A stretch of 64,000 bases of DNA, from positions 158,830-222,829 of IMG/VR virus record IMGVR_UViG_3300009184_000029, one strand, 5' to 3'. This document shows positions 1 through 9,357 of the stretch, piece after piece. Position 1 is the stretch's first letter. The number at the start of each line of letters is the position of its first letter. The notes beneath the pieces were generated by a model. That model was not told where the DNA came from. It did no database searches and saw only the letters and a program-made list of their open reading frames with translations. The position numbers and the translations under genes were made by a program.

Positions 1-2580
1 ACGCATAAACAGTATATGAAAAAGATATATCCTGAAATTTCAAATCAGGATGCGTTTGGGTTAATTGATTACTCTTCAATTGAAGAAATATTTTCAGTAT
101 TTACTAAGAATGATTTAGATATTTTTGAAACTGAGTTTTTAAAATTCTCATTACCTACTTTATCGTTAGATAATGTGGTAAGATTAAACAACTTCCAAAG
201 TTTGATGAGGTCATTTTTTGTTGTAAATCCTGGTGCGGTTAATGGGTTTAAAAATGATGATAACGGAATCAAGTCATTTGCTAACGCTCAATTCCCAACA
301 GTATTGAGTTATATTAAAAATTTCTTGGAAAAAACAATTGTTTTAAAACTTGGTAATTGTCATTCATTTAATAGAGATTTATTTAACACTTTTAATTTAA
401 ACAGAGCTGATGATATAGGTATTATAAAATATAATAGTTATTTTGCAAATACCCCAAATATACTACCTTATTATAATCAAACAACACTTTACCAAACAAT
501 TGCAACTAATAGTCCCGAAGCATGGAAAGCGTTTCAATTATATATAGGATTTAGTAGTATTTCTGAATTAGATTATGAATCTTATAACACTTCTTTCTTA
601 TTCGATTTCTTTGTACAGTTTGATGTTGAATTTACTGAAGAAAATGTAATTAAATTTGCACCACTTGTTAAATTATATGCAACTAGAAAAATAGAAAATT
701 CATCATTAATACCTAATGATTCGAATCAACATGTTAATTTATTTAAAGATTATATTACAACATTTTTCTCTAATTCATTGGATTTAAGTAAACAAATTTT
801 AAATGATACTTTAATTAGTGTTAGAAAAGGATTACCGAATGTTAATGTTGGTTCATTATCTGTACTTGAGACTGTGTATCAATCTAATCCTCAAAAAGTT
901 GAAATGTATGATAGATTTAAAAATTTAAATGATGGATGGATATCTGGTAGTGATTATTTAAATCCTGCTCATACATTGTTTGAGGATATTGTATTTTTCG
1001 ATAGAGCAGGTAGAAATATTGGGGCTGAAATATATTGTGATGTTAATCACGTTAAAAATATTTTATCGGGGGCTTTAAAGGAAAATCCTGTGTTTAGTAT
1101 TATACAAGAAATATTAAACCATGAAAATTTTTCTGTAACTCAAAACATGGCGTTTTGTAATTATTACGGAGTACAAAGACCCGGAGATAATATTAACCCA
1201 AAATTTGTTGGGACTTCAGATGTGGCAAACACTTTATTTGGTACTTTTACTACAATTGATACACAAGATACTACCGCTAAGATAATATGTGAGTTCAATG
1301 ACATGGACTCCAAATACATCGATACCCCAAATGACAACTATAAATTTTCAAACGATTCTTTTGATTTAATTAAAGTTGAAAATAATCCTTTAAGAGAAGA
1401 TATTACAAATAAAGCTGATTTTGCACTTTCAAGTAAAGTTGTTGGATTTGTTGTAGACTTTTCGAATCAAAATCAGAATGTGTTCAAAAATATGAACATA
1501 AGCTCAAGAACTGGAGGTAAAAATATTGTAACAGTTCAGAATCAATTGGACGTTATTGAAGCGTCATCAGGTAAGAAGAGTGCGTCACAAAGTGTCTCTT
1601 TATATAACTTCTACAAGGGACAATCATATGATGTCTCAGTCAGTGCTATGGGTAATGCTTTATTACAACCAAAAATGTTTTTTTATTTAAAGAATGTCCC
1701 ATTATTTAGAGGAACGTATCAAATTAATGAGGTAAGTCATTCTATAACTACAACATCTTTTGGGACCCAATTTACAGGTAGAAGAGTTCCTGTGTACTCA
1801 ATTAAAAAAATTACGGATTATCTACAAAGTTTAAAAATACAAGTTTTAGAAAAAATATTAAACGAAACTAAGAATGCTCAGGAAAAATCACAAGGTGCTG
1901 CTACAGTATATAGTGAAAGGGATAATAAGATTATTAACTTTAAAGGTGGTAAACGACCAACACAAAACCAAGCTTGTAAACCTAATGAAAAATACAATAC
2001 TTTCCAAACAGATACTCCGAAACAAACAACAACTTCAGTTAACGCTTTAATTAAAAAAATTGAACAAGTCTTCCCAAGACTAACCGATACGGCTTTAGCT
2101 GATTATCAAAAGAAAGTTACCGAAAACCAAAATCTTTGGTTTATAATATTCTCTATTGTATACGTTGCTAATTTACAAGAAGGTAAACTGAGTTCTTTTA
2201 ATAATAACTTTGGTAATATACCATTAGATACTGAATACGGAGGTGATTTAATGAAGTTACCCAAAAAGAAATTTATATGTTTAGAAAGTTTGGGAGGTGC
2301 GTCAACGGCTTATATGTCATTTGATACGATAGATAAAAATATTGAATTTATAGGTAAAAAATTACAATCAAGGTCAAACGACTTTACTTCTTTAGAAGTT
2401 AATGCAGTTTTAATTAAACAAATGACAACAATTTGGACTAACTATTGGCCTAATTTCGCAAATGACATGTACACCCAACTCAAACAAACTGACCCATATT
2501 CATTTAATGAATTAGAATTAAAAGTAAAAAAATCATTGAATTTGGCTAAAAGTAATTTTACACCATTACCTACATTTTAA
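1..2580 (+). CDS. Large baseplate hub (gp27/VgrG-like) protein with possible degenerate lysozyme-like C-terminal domain; 5'-truncated by window
   Basis: Frame is open from nt 1 (ACG CAT AAA CAG TAT ATG). Motif VSAMGNALLQPKMFFYLKNVPLFRGTYQINEVSHSI...TQFTGRR resembles the C-terminal barrel of contractile-tail hub proteins. The C-terminal NNNFGNI...YMSFDT segment weakly resembles GH73. Confidence 0.55.
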   Translation, partial: THKQYMKKIYPEISNQDAFGLIDYSSIEEIFSVFTKNDLDIFETEFLKFSLPTLSLDNVVRLNNFQSLMRSFFVVNPGAVNGFKNDDNGIKSFANAQFPTVLSYIKNFLEKTIVLKLGNCHSFNRDLFNTFNLNRADDIGIIKYNSYFANTPNILPYYNQTTLYQTIATNSPEAWKAFQLYIGFSSISELDYESYNTSFLFDFFVQFDVEFTEENVIKFAPLVKLYATRKIENSSLIPNDSNQHVNLFKDYITTFFSNSLDLSKQILNDTLISVRKGLPNVNVGSLSVLETVYQSNPQKVEMYDRFKNLNDGWISGSDYLNPAHTLFEDIVFFDRAGRNIGAEIYCDVNHVKNILSGALKENPVFSIIQEILNHENFSVTQNMAFCNYYGVQRPGDNINPKFVGTSDVANTLFGTFTTIDTQDTTAKIICEFNDMDSKYIDTPNDNYKFSNDSFDLIKVENNPLREDITNKADFALSSKVVGFVVDFSNQNQNVFKNMNISSRTGGKNIVTVQNQLDVIEASSGKKSASQSVSLYNFYKGQSYDVSVSAMGNALLQPKMFFYLKNVPLFRGTYQINEVSHSITTTSFGTQFTGRRVPVYSIKKITDYLQSLKIQVLEKILNETKNAQEKSQGAATVYSERDNKIINFKGGKRPTQNQACKPNEKYNTFQTDTPKQTTTSVNALIKKIEQVFPRLTDTALADYQKKVTENQNLWFIIFSIVYVANLQEGKLSSFNNNFGNIPLDTEYGGDLMKLPKKKFICLESLGGASTAYMSFDTIDKNIEFIGKKLQSRSNDFTSLEVNAVLIKQMTTIWTNYWPNFANDMYTQLKQTDPYSFNELELKVKKSLNLAKSNFTPLPTF

Positions 2581-2609
2581 TTACTTTTGAAATTTTATAA
2601 TAACATTGA

Positions 2610-2617
2610 TATTTATA
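2610..2617 (+). promoter_or_regulatory. Putative late promoter TATTTATA
   Basis: Recurrent intergenic motif; here 12 nt upstream of ATG 2630. Confidence 0.5.
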
Positions 2618-2629
2618 TAAAAAAAAGTT

Positions 2630-2854
2630 ATGGACATTAAAACTGCAATTAATAATTATCTTGGTAAACAAGCAAGAATTACTGAAAAGGATAATGGTAA
2701 TGGATTTAAAGAAGTTTGTGATTTAGATACTGGAGATTGTTATACAGTAAGAATGAAAGATGGTCTTATTGAAAGAGTTGACAACACATATCAAACAAAC
2801 AAAAAAATAAAAGTAGAAACTAATAACGGATTTAAACAACTTCTAAATGGCTAA
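2630..2854 (+). CDS. Small hypothetical protein (74 aa, EVCDLDTGDCY motif)
   Basis: Clean ORF with A-rich start, overlapping the next gene. Confidence 0.8.
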   Translation: MDIKTAINNYLGKQARITEKDNGNGFKEVCDLDTGDCYTVRMKDGLIERVDNTYQTNKKIKVETNNGFKQLLNG

Positions 2855-3506
2855 TAAAATATCTGAAAAAATATTGTCTGAATTGGCAAGACACAAAAGT
2901 ATTAATAATTACTTAATGGAACAACCTGTTCCACCACCGCCACCACCTCCACCCGCACCTGACGCTGGTGCTGTTCCACCACCACCTGCACCTGATGCCG
3001 CCGCACCTGCTCCTGCACCTGCACCTGCTGAAGATGCTAATAAAGTTGATGTTACTAAAGACCCAGATGTTGAAAAAATTGGTGACGAAAAAAGTAAAAA
3101 GAAAGACGATAAAGGTGATGAAGAAATTGAAGTCACAGATTTAGTTACATCTCAAAAAAATATTGAGGGGAAACAAGAAGAGTACTTTGAAAATTTATTT
3201 AAACAATTACAAGATTTAGAAAGTAGATTAACTGATATGGACTCAATCGTAAATAAATTAAACGATATTGAAGCTAAAATTGAAAAATATAGAGTTAAAA
3301 GTCCTGAAGAAAAATTGGAACTTAGAAGTATTGATTCTGCACCATTTAATCAAAAACTATCTCAATTCTTTCAAGATAAAGAAGAAGATTTAGAAGCAAC
3401 AGGGAAAGAGTATATTCTAACTTCTGATGAAGTTGAGGACTTTAGTCCTGATGAAATCAGAGGAAGTTTCACACAGGCTCCTGACCAAGAATTCAAAAAA
3501 TACTAA
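2847..3506 (+). CDS. Pro/Ala-rich acidic coiled-coil protein, possible head/scaffold-associated protein
   Basis: Poly-Pro and PA repeats, acidic coiled coil, N-terminal ILSE/LMEQ motifs. Confidence 0.6.
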   Translation: MANKISEKILSELARHKSINNYLMEQPVPPPPPPPPAPDAGAVPPPPAPDAAAPAPAPAPAEDANKVDVTKDPDVEKIGDEKSKKKDDKGDEEIEVTDLVTSQKNIEGKQEEYFENLFKQLQDLESRLTDMDSIVNKLNDIEAKIEKYRVKSPEEKLELRSIDSAPFNQKLSQFFQDKEEDLEATGKEYILTSDEVEDFSPDEIRGSFTQAPDQEFKKY

Positions 3507-3512
3507 TTAGTA

Positions 3513-3544
3513 TTTGACAAAAACGGCTGACACACTTACATTTG
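3513..3544 (+). promoter_or_regulatory. Bacteroidota-type promoter (TTTG-N20-TACATTTG), also readable as TTGACA-N17-TACATT
   Basis: Exact -33/-7 consensus upstream of the SSB gene. Confidence 0.7.
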
Positions 3545-3571
3545 TTTATTAACTATTAATTTATATATATC

Positions 3572-4414
3572 ATGGCGACAAATTCACTAGATGCTGTACT
3601 CGCTCAGTATGAAAAAGCGAAAAGTGGAGGAAACTCTACAAACAAAATGTCTCAAGAAGACAGAATGAAAAAATATTTTGCGGCGATATTGACGCAGAAT
3701 GAAACATCGGGACAGAAACGTCTTCGTATTTTACCAACCCCTGATGGGTCATCACCTTTTAAAGAGGTATGGTACCATGAGGTACAAGTTGAGGGTAAAT
3801 GGAATAAAATCTATGACCCAGGTAAAAACAATAACGAGCGTTCACCTTTGACTGAAATTCATGACGAATTGATGTCAACAGGTAAAGAGTCCGATAAGGA
3901 ACTTGCTAAATCTTACAAACCACGTAAATTCTACATCGTTAAGGTTATTGACCGAGATAACGAAGCGGATGGAGTGAAGTTTTGGAGATTTAAACACAAC
4001 TACAAGAACGAAGGTATTCTTGACAAAATCATTCCAATTTGGAAGGCTAAAGGTGATATTACTGACCCTGTTAATGGTCGTGATTTAATCATTGAGTTAG
4101 CTAAGGCTAAGACTCCAAAAGGAGCAACTTACACAGTTATTCAAACTGTAATGCATGATGACCCATCTCCTGTTCACACAGATGCGGAAACTGCTAAGAC
4201 ATGGACTGAAGACCCACTTACTTGGGCTGACGTTTACTCTAAAAAACCTGTTGAATATTTGGAAGCTATTGCTCGTGGAGAAACTCCAAGATGGTCTTCA
4301 GAATTAGGTAAATATGTTTACGGTGATGAGGCATCAGAAATGAGTGTTGGTGGAGGTATGACAATCTCTGACCCTCAGGCAGATGCTGAACCTGATGGTG
4401 ACTTACCATTCTAA
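3572..4414 (+). CDS. Single-stranded DNA-binding protein (T4 gp32-like)
   Basis: RLRILP..F.E.WYH, VIDRD, DITDP..GRDL motifs; acidic tail ending DLPF; lies next to recA. Confidence 0.85.
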   Translation: MATNSLDAVLAQYEKAKSGGNSTNKMSQEDRMKKYFAAILTQNETSGQKRLRILPTPDGSSPFKEVWYHEVQVEGKWNKIYDPGKNNNERSPLTEIHDELMSTGKESDKELAKSYKPRKFYIVKVIDRDNEADGVKFWRFKHNYKNEGILDKIIPIWKAKGDITDPVNGRDLIIELAKAKTPKGATYTVIQTVMHDDPSPVHTDAETAKTWTEDPLTWADVYSKKPVEYLEAIARGETPRWSSELGKYVYGDEASEMSVGGGMTISDPQADAEPDGDLPF

Positions 4415-4419
4415 TTTAT

Positions 4420-4465
4420 ATGGATGGACACTTGAATTGACAAAGTGTCCATCCATTCTTATTTT
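4420..4465 (+). terminator. 14-bp perfect hairpin (terminator-like) overlapping a TTGACA-N17-TATTTT promoter
   Basis: ATGGATGGACACTT (4420-4433) / AAGTGTCCATCCAT (4443-4456), loop GAATTGACA, followed by T-rich tract. Confidence 0.65.
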
Positions 4466-4495
4466 TATACAAACAATTTAAACGAATAGACATTT

Positions 4496-5494
4496 ATGGC
4501 AATAAAGAAAAAAGAATTTTCATTAGATGCAATCAAAGACAAGTATTCTACAAAAACTAAATACAAAGACACGGAGTTCTATGAAGTCGATGAAGCTTTT
4601 CATAGTAGTTGCGGTTTACCTGGTCCTGCTTTGGGTAACATCAATATGTTCTTGGGGCACTCAAATTCTTCCAAAACGACGGCTCTTGTCAAAGCAGCTG
4701 TGTCTGCTCAGAAGAAGGGGCATTTGCCTGTTTTCATTATCACGGAAAAAAAATGGAGTTGGGACCATGCAGTTGAACTCGGTTTGGTGGCGGAGATAAC
4801 TGATGGTGAGTGGGACGGACAGTTCATATTCAACGATAACTTCGATTACATCGAACAAGTAACTGACTATATCAATGAATTATTGGATGAACAGGAAAAA
4901 GGTAATATCCCTTATTCTCTTTGTTTCCTTTGGGATTCAGTAGGTTCAGTACCTTGTAAGATGACATTTGATGGTAAAGGTGGTAAACAACACAATGCAT
5001 CTGTATTAGCTGATAAGATTGGTATGGGAATCCAAGCTCGTATTACTAAATCTCGTAAAGAAGATTATCCATATACAAATACAATGGTGGTAGTTAATCA
5101 ACCTTGGGTTGAGTTACCTGACAATCCATTCGGACAACCAACAATTAAAGCAAAAGGTGGTGAAGCTCTTTGGTTAGCATCGGCTCTTGTGTTTTTGTTT
5201 GGTAATCAGAAAAATGCGGGTATCAACCACATTACCGCAACTAAAAATGGTAGAACGGTATCTTACGCAATTAGAACTAAAATTTCTGTCCTAAAGAACC
5301 ACATTAATGGATTAGGATATAAAGATGGTAAGATTATTGCAACACCACAAGGGTATATTGCGGATACCAAAGAGGCTCTTGAGGAGTATAAAAAACAATA
5401 TTCACAATATTGGAACGCAATTCTTTCAGGTACTGGGGAAATTACCCTTGATGAATCTGAAGAAACTTTTGACAACGAAAACGAACCATTTTAA
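4496..5494 (+). CDS. recA: RecA/UvsX-like recombinase
   Basis: Walker A-like GHSNSSKT, Walker B FLWDSV, VVVNQ, KGGEAL, VLKNHI motifs. Confidence 0.9.
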   Translation: MAIKKKEFSLDAIKDKYSTKTKYKDTEFYEVDEAFHSSCGLPGPALGNINMFLGHSNSSKTTALVKAAVSAQKKGHLPVFIITEKKWSWDHAVELGLVAEITDGEWDGQFIFNDNFDYIEQVTDYINELLDEQEKGNIPYSLCFLWDSVGSVPCKMTFDGKGGKQHNASVLADKIGMGIQARITKSRKEDYPYTNTMVVVNQPWVELPDNPFGQPTIKAKGGEALWLASALVFLFGNQKNAGINHITATKNGRTVSYAIRTKISVLKNHINGLGYKDGKIIATPQGYIADTKEALEEYKKQYSQYWNAILSGTGEITLDESEETFDNENEPF

Positions 5495-5497
5495 TTA

Positions 5498-6499
5498 TTG
5501 TTCGTGAAAAAAACACTACTTGTCGACGGAAACAATTTGATGAAAATTGGATTTCACGGTCTGAAAGATTACTTTCATAACGGTGAACACATCGGAGCTT
5601 TGTATCACTTTATGAATACACTTCGTAAATTCATTGATGAACAAAACTTTGACAAGGTGGTAGTATTTTGGGATGGTGAAGACTCCACAAGTTTACGTGG
5701 GGTTCTTTACCCCAAATACAAACAAAATCGTAGATTAACAATGGAGGACTCAATCTTTATGTCCTACCTAAAACAAAAAAATCGTATTAAACAATATCTT
5801 GAGGAAGTTTACATTAGACAACTTGAGATAAGTGGTAGAGAAGCGGATGATTTAATCGCTCACTATTGTCATGTTTCCGAAAATGAACAGAAATTAATAT
5901 TTTCGTCAGATAGGGATTTAACCCAACTTATTTCTGAAAAGGTGTCAGTATATTCACCATCTATTAAAGCTACTTTTAAACATGGTGACAAGATTAAATT
6001 TGATGATTTTGAATTCCCTCATTACAATGTCAAAACATTAAAAATATTAACAGGTGATAAATCTGATAATATTGAGGGTATATACCTACTTGGTGAAAAA
6101 ACATTAGTAAAATTTTTTCCTGAGATACTTGAAAAAGAGGTAACTTATTCCGATATTTTAACAAGAGCTGAAGATTTATTAAAAGAACAAAAAGATAACC
6201 AAACTCTTAAAAATCTTCTAACAGGTAAAACAAAATCAGGTATATTTGAAAACGAATTTTTTGAAGTAAATGAGCAAATCGTTGATTTATCAAACCCACT
6301 CCTCAAAGACGAGGACAAAGAAGAGATTTCCCAAATTGTTAACGAAACATTAGAAGCCGAAGGTAGAAGTTATAAGAATATAATCCGTTATATGGTTGAG
6401 GACGGAATATTCAAATACCTACCTAAGGGTGACGATTCGTGGACATATTTTTTAAAACCGTTTATGAAACTAACAAGAAAAGAAAAACACAAAAAGTAA
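5498..6499 (+). CDS. 5'-3' exonuclease / RNase H (FEN/PIN, T4 rnh-like)
   Basis: LLVDGNN, YKQNR, EADDLIA, SSDRDLTQL, GDKSDNIEGI, GEKT motifs; start is TTG 5498 or GTG 5504. Confidence 0.92.
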   Translation: MFVKKTLLVDGNNLMKIGFHGLKDYFHNGEHIGALYHFMNTLRKFIDEQNFDKVVVFWDGEDSTSLRGVLYPKYKQNRRLTMEDSIFMSYLKQKNRIKQYLEEVYIRQLEISGREADDLIAHYCHVSENEQKLIFSSDRDLTQLISEKVSVYSPSIKATFKHGDKIKFDDFEFPHYNVKTLKILTGDKSDNIEGIYLLGEKTLVKFFPEILEKEVTYSDILTRAEDLLKEQKDNQTLKNLLTGKTKSGIFENEFFEVNEQIVDLSNPLLKDEDKEEISQIVNETLEAEGRSYKNIIRYMVEDGIFKYLPKGDDSWTYFLKPFMKLTRKEKHKK

Positions 6500-6510
6500 A
6501 AAAAACAATT

Positions 6511-6966
6511 ATGAAAGAACAACAAGACATTACGAAATTAGAATTCTTAATGACAGTTAACGACAATTTTATTGTCCAAAGATTTTTCAACGTTAAAGAT
6601 TACAATTCAAAATCTTCAAAATCTGTTGAAGTTATCGACCTATTAAATAATTTGGTTGATAGCCTAAAAGATGATTTTAAGATGAAGACTGTAACATACA
6701 TGTTGGATAACCAGTATCAAATTTCAGAAGACCCTGAGATTCTTAACACGTCATTCACTGACGGTCCTGAAATGTTTAACATTTACATTAAGAATGGTGA
6801 CAATGTAATGATGCATTATGGGTTTGATGCTAAATTGTATCCACCTAAAATTAGATATACAGTAGATATTAGACCTTATCTAAAATCTTTGTTGAATGAC
6901 TTAACTTATGTTATGTCAAGAAAAAAATTAACACACGAAATGTTGGGGTATCAACTTGTTCGTTGA
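6511..6966 (+). CDS. Hypothetical protein in replication operon
   Basis: ORF track 6439..6966; ATG 6511 after an A-rich leader avoids overlap with the upstream gene. Confidence 0.7.
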   Translation: MKEQQDITKLEFLMTVNDNFIVQRFFNVKDYNSKSSKSVEVIDLLNNLVDSLKDDFKMKTVTYMLDNQYQISEDPEILNTSFTDGPEMFNIYIKNGDNVMMHYGFDAKLYPPKIRYTVDIRPYLKSLLNDLTYVMSRKKLTHEMLGYQLVR

Positions 6967-6991
6967 TATTTAATTAAAAAAGGGATTTATT

Positions 6992-8362
6992 ATGGCTGAC
7001 AAAAATTTTGAATATTTAGGAGACACTTTTCAATTACAATTACTTAATCAAATTGTAATTGATAAGGATTTCGCCCACTCTATTATCGAGGTAATGGAAC
7101 CGGGTTATTTTGAGAACAAGTACTATAAGTTATTTGTTCAAATGGTTAAAGAATATTATTCAAAATTTGAGCATACCCCTAGTTTCGACACACTCCAACA
7201 AAAAGCTAAAAGTGAAATTAGTCAAGAATTATTATTAAAGATAACCTTAGACACAATTAATGATATAAAAAACATATCTGATGATGGAAGTCAGTTTGTT
7301 CAAGAAAAGGCTCTTAAATTCTGTAAACAACAAGAATTACAGAAAGTTATGGATAAGGCCAAAAAAATAATTGAACATGGTGAATTTGAAAATTACGATA
7401 CTTTAGAGGAGATGGTTCGTGAAGCGTTACAAGTTGGTAATGTTGATAGAGGGACTGGGGATGTTTTTGAAAATTTGGATGATGTTTTAGCCGATGACTA
7501 TAGACACCCAATTCCAATGGGAATACCGGGTATTGATAACTTACTAAAAGGAGGACTTGCAAAAGGTGAAATTGGTGTGATATTGGCTCCAACAGGAGTT
7601 GGTAAATCAACACTAACTACAAAAATTGCGAATAACGCTTTTAATCTTGGGTTTAATGTGTTACAAATATTTTTTGAGGATAATTTTAAAATTATACAAA
7701 GAAAACATTTTACATGTTGGACAGGTATTGCACCTGACGACCTTGGAAATCATAAAGAAAAAGTGTTAGAGAAAGTTGCGGAGATTAAAGAAACAATGAC
7801 TAATAAGTTAATTATGAAGAAGTTACCTTCAGATACATTAACTATGGGTCAGATTAAAAATCAAATCCGTAAAATGATTGCTGATGGTATCCACGTTGAT
7901 ATGGTCATATTAGATTATATCGATTGTGTTACACCTGAAAAGGCTTTAGAAGATGAATGGAAATCTGAAGGTTCGGTTATGAGAGCGTTTGAGGCGATGT
8001 GTCATGAATTGAATATCGTTGGATGGACCGCAACACAGGGTAATAGAAGTTCAATATCATCAGATGTTGTAACAACTGACCAAATGGGTGGTTCAATTAA
8101 AAAGGCTCAAGTTGGTCACGTTATTATTACTGTGGCAAAATCATTACAACAAAAAGAGTTAAACCTTGCAACAATCGCGATTACAAAATCAAGGATTGGT
8201 AAAGATGGTGTTGTATTTGAGAATTGTAAATTTAACAATGAAATGTTAGAAATTGATACAGAAAGTACCACAACATTCTTAGGACTTGAAGAACAAAAAG
8301 AGGAGAGGAATCGAAATAGGATTAAGGAAATTATGGATAAAAGAAAACAACAACAAGTATAA
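6992..8362 (+). CDS. dnaB: Replicative DnaB-like helicase (T4 gp41-like)
   Basis: GIDNLLKGGL, Walker A APTGVGKS, Walker B ILDYID, WTATQGNR, KSR arginine finger. Confidence 0.93.
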   Translation: MADKNFEYLGDTFQLQLLNQIVIDKDFAHSIIEVMEPGYFENKYYKLFVQMVKEYYSKFEHTPSFDTLQQKAKSEISQELLLKITLDTINDIKNISDDGSQFVQEKALKFCKQQELQKVMDKAKKIIEHGEFENYDTLEEMVREALQVGNVDRGTGDVFENLDDVLADDYRHPIPMGIPGIDNLLKGGLAKGEIGVILAPTGVGKSTLTTKIANNAFNLGFNVLQIFFEDNFKIIQRKHFTCWTGIAPDDLGNHKEKVLEKVAEIKETMTNKLIMKKLPSDTLTMGQIKNQIRKMIADGIHVDMVILDYIDCVTPEKALEDEWKSEGSVMRAFEAMCHELNIVGWTATQGNRSSISSDVVTTDQMGGSIKKAQVGHVIITVAKSLQQKELNLATIAITKSRIGKDGVVFENCKFNNEMLEIDTESTTTFLGLEEQKEERNRNRIKEIMDKRKQQQV

Positions 8363-8390
8363 TTATTAAAACAGAAACAGAAAAAAAATT

Positions 8391-9338
8391 ATGGAAAAAA
8401 TATTAAAAGAGAACCCAAACAGATTTGTGATTTTCCCAATACAATACAATGATATATGGGAATACTATAAAATGCACCAAGCCGCGTTTTGGACTGCGGA
8501 AGAAGTTGATTTAAGTGGTGACATTAGAGATTGGGAAAATCTTTCAGAAAATGAACAATATTTTGTTAAAAATGTTCTATCGTTTTTTGCGGCGTCTGAC
8601 GGTATTGTTAATGAGAATTTAGCTGAAAACTTTTACAGAGAGGTACAATACCCTGAGGCTAAATTTTTCTATGGGATTCAACTTGCAATGGAGAACATTC
8701 ACTCATTAATGTATTCTTTATTGATTGACACTTACATCTCAAATGAAGATGAGAAGAATAAATGTTTCACAGCTTTGGATAACCTACCTGCAGTTCAAAA
8801 GAAAGCCAAATGGGCTTTGGATTGGATTGAAAATGCATCCTTCCAAGAAAGATTGGTGGCATTTGCGGCAGTTGAGGGTATCTTTTTCTCAGGTTCATTT
8901 TGTTCAATATTTTGGTTAAAATCTCGTGGAATTATGCAAGGTTTGTGTAATGCGAACTCTTTGATTTTTAAAGATGAAAATTTACATTGTGATTTTGCAA
9001 TTCATTTATTGAATAATCACGTAGAAAACAAACCGAGTGAAAAGAGAATTAAAGAAATTCTTTTATCAGCTTTGGAGATTGAAAAAGAATTTATCACAGA
9101 ATCACTTCCGGTTTCATTAATTGGTATGAACCAAAATTTAATGAAACAATATTTGGAGTTTGTGGTTGATGGACTACTTGTTAAATTTGGTTGTAAGAAA
9201 CAATTTAATGTTGAACAACCATTTAAATTTATGGAACAAATTGCCGTTGAAACTAAAGGTAATTTCTTCGAATCTAGAACAGTTGAATACCAAAAAGCAA
9301 AATTAAATGAGACCCTCTCATTTACAGATGACTTTTAA
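8391..9338 (+). CDS. nrdB: Ribonucleotide reductase class Ia beta subunit
   Basis: [48 protein letters not shown]. Confidence 0.97.
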   Translation: MEKILKENPNRFVIFPIQYNDIWEYYKMHQAAFWTAEEVDLSGDIRDWENLSENEQYFVKNVLSFFAASDGIVNENLAENFYREVQYPEAKFFYGIQLAMENIHSLMYSLLIDTYISNEDEKNKCFTALDNLPAVQKKAKWALDWIENASFQERLVAFAAVEGIFFSGSFCSIFWLKSRGIMQGLCNANSLIFKDENLHCDFAIHLLNNHVENKPSEKRIKEILLSALEIEKEFITESLPVSLIGMNQNLMKQYLEFVVDGLLVKFGCKKQFNVEQPFKFMEQIAVETKGNFFESRTVEYQKAKLNETLSFTDDF

Positions 9339-9357
9339 TTTACTATCTTTTTAAACT

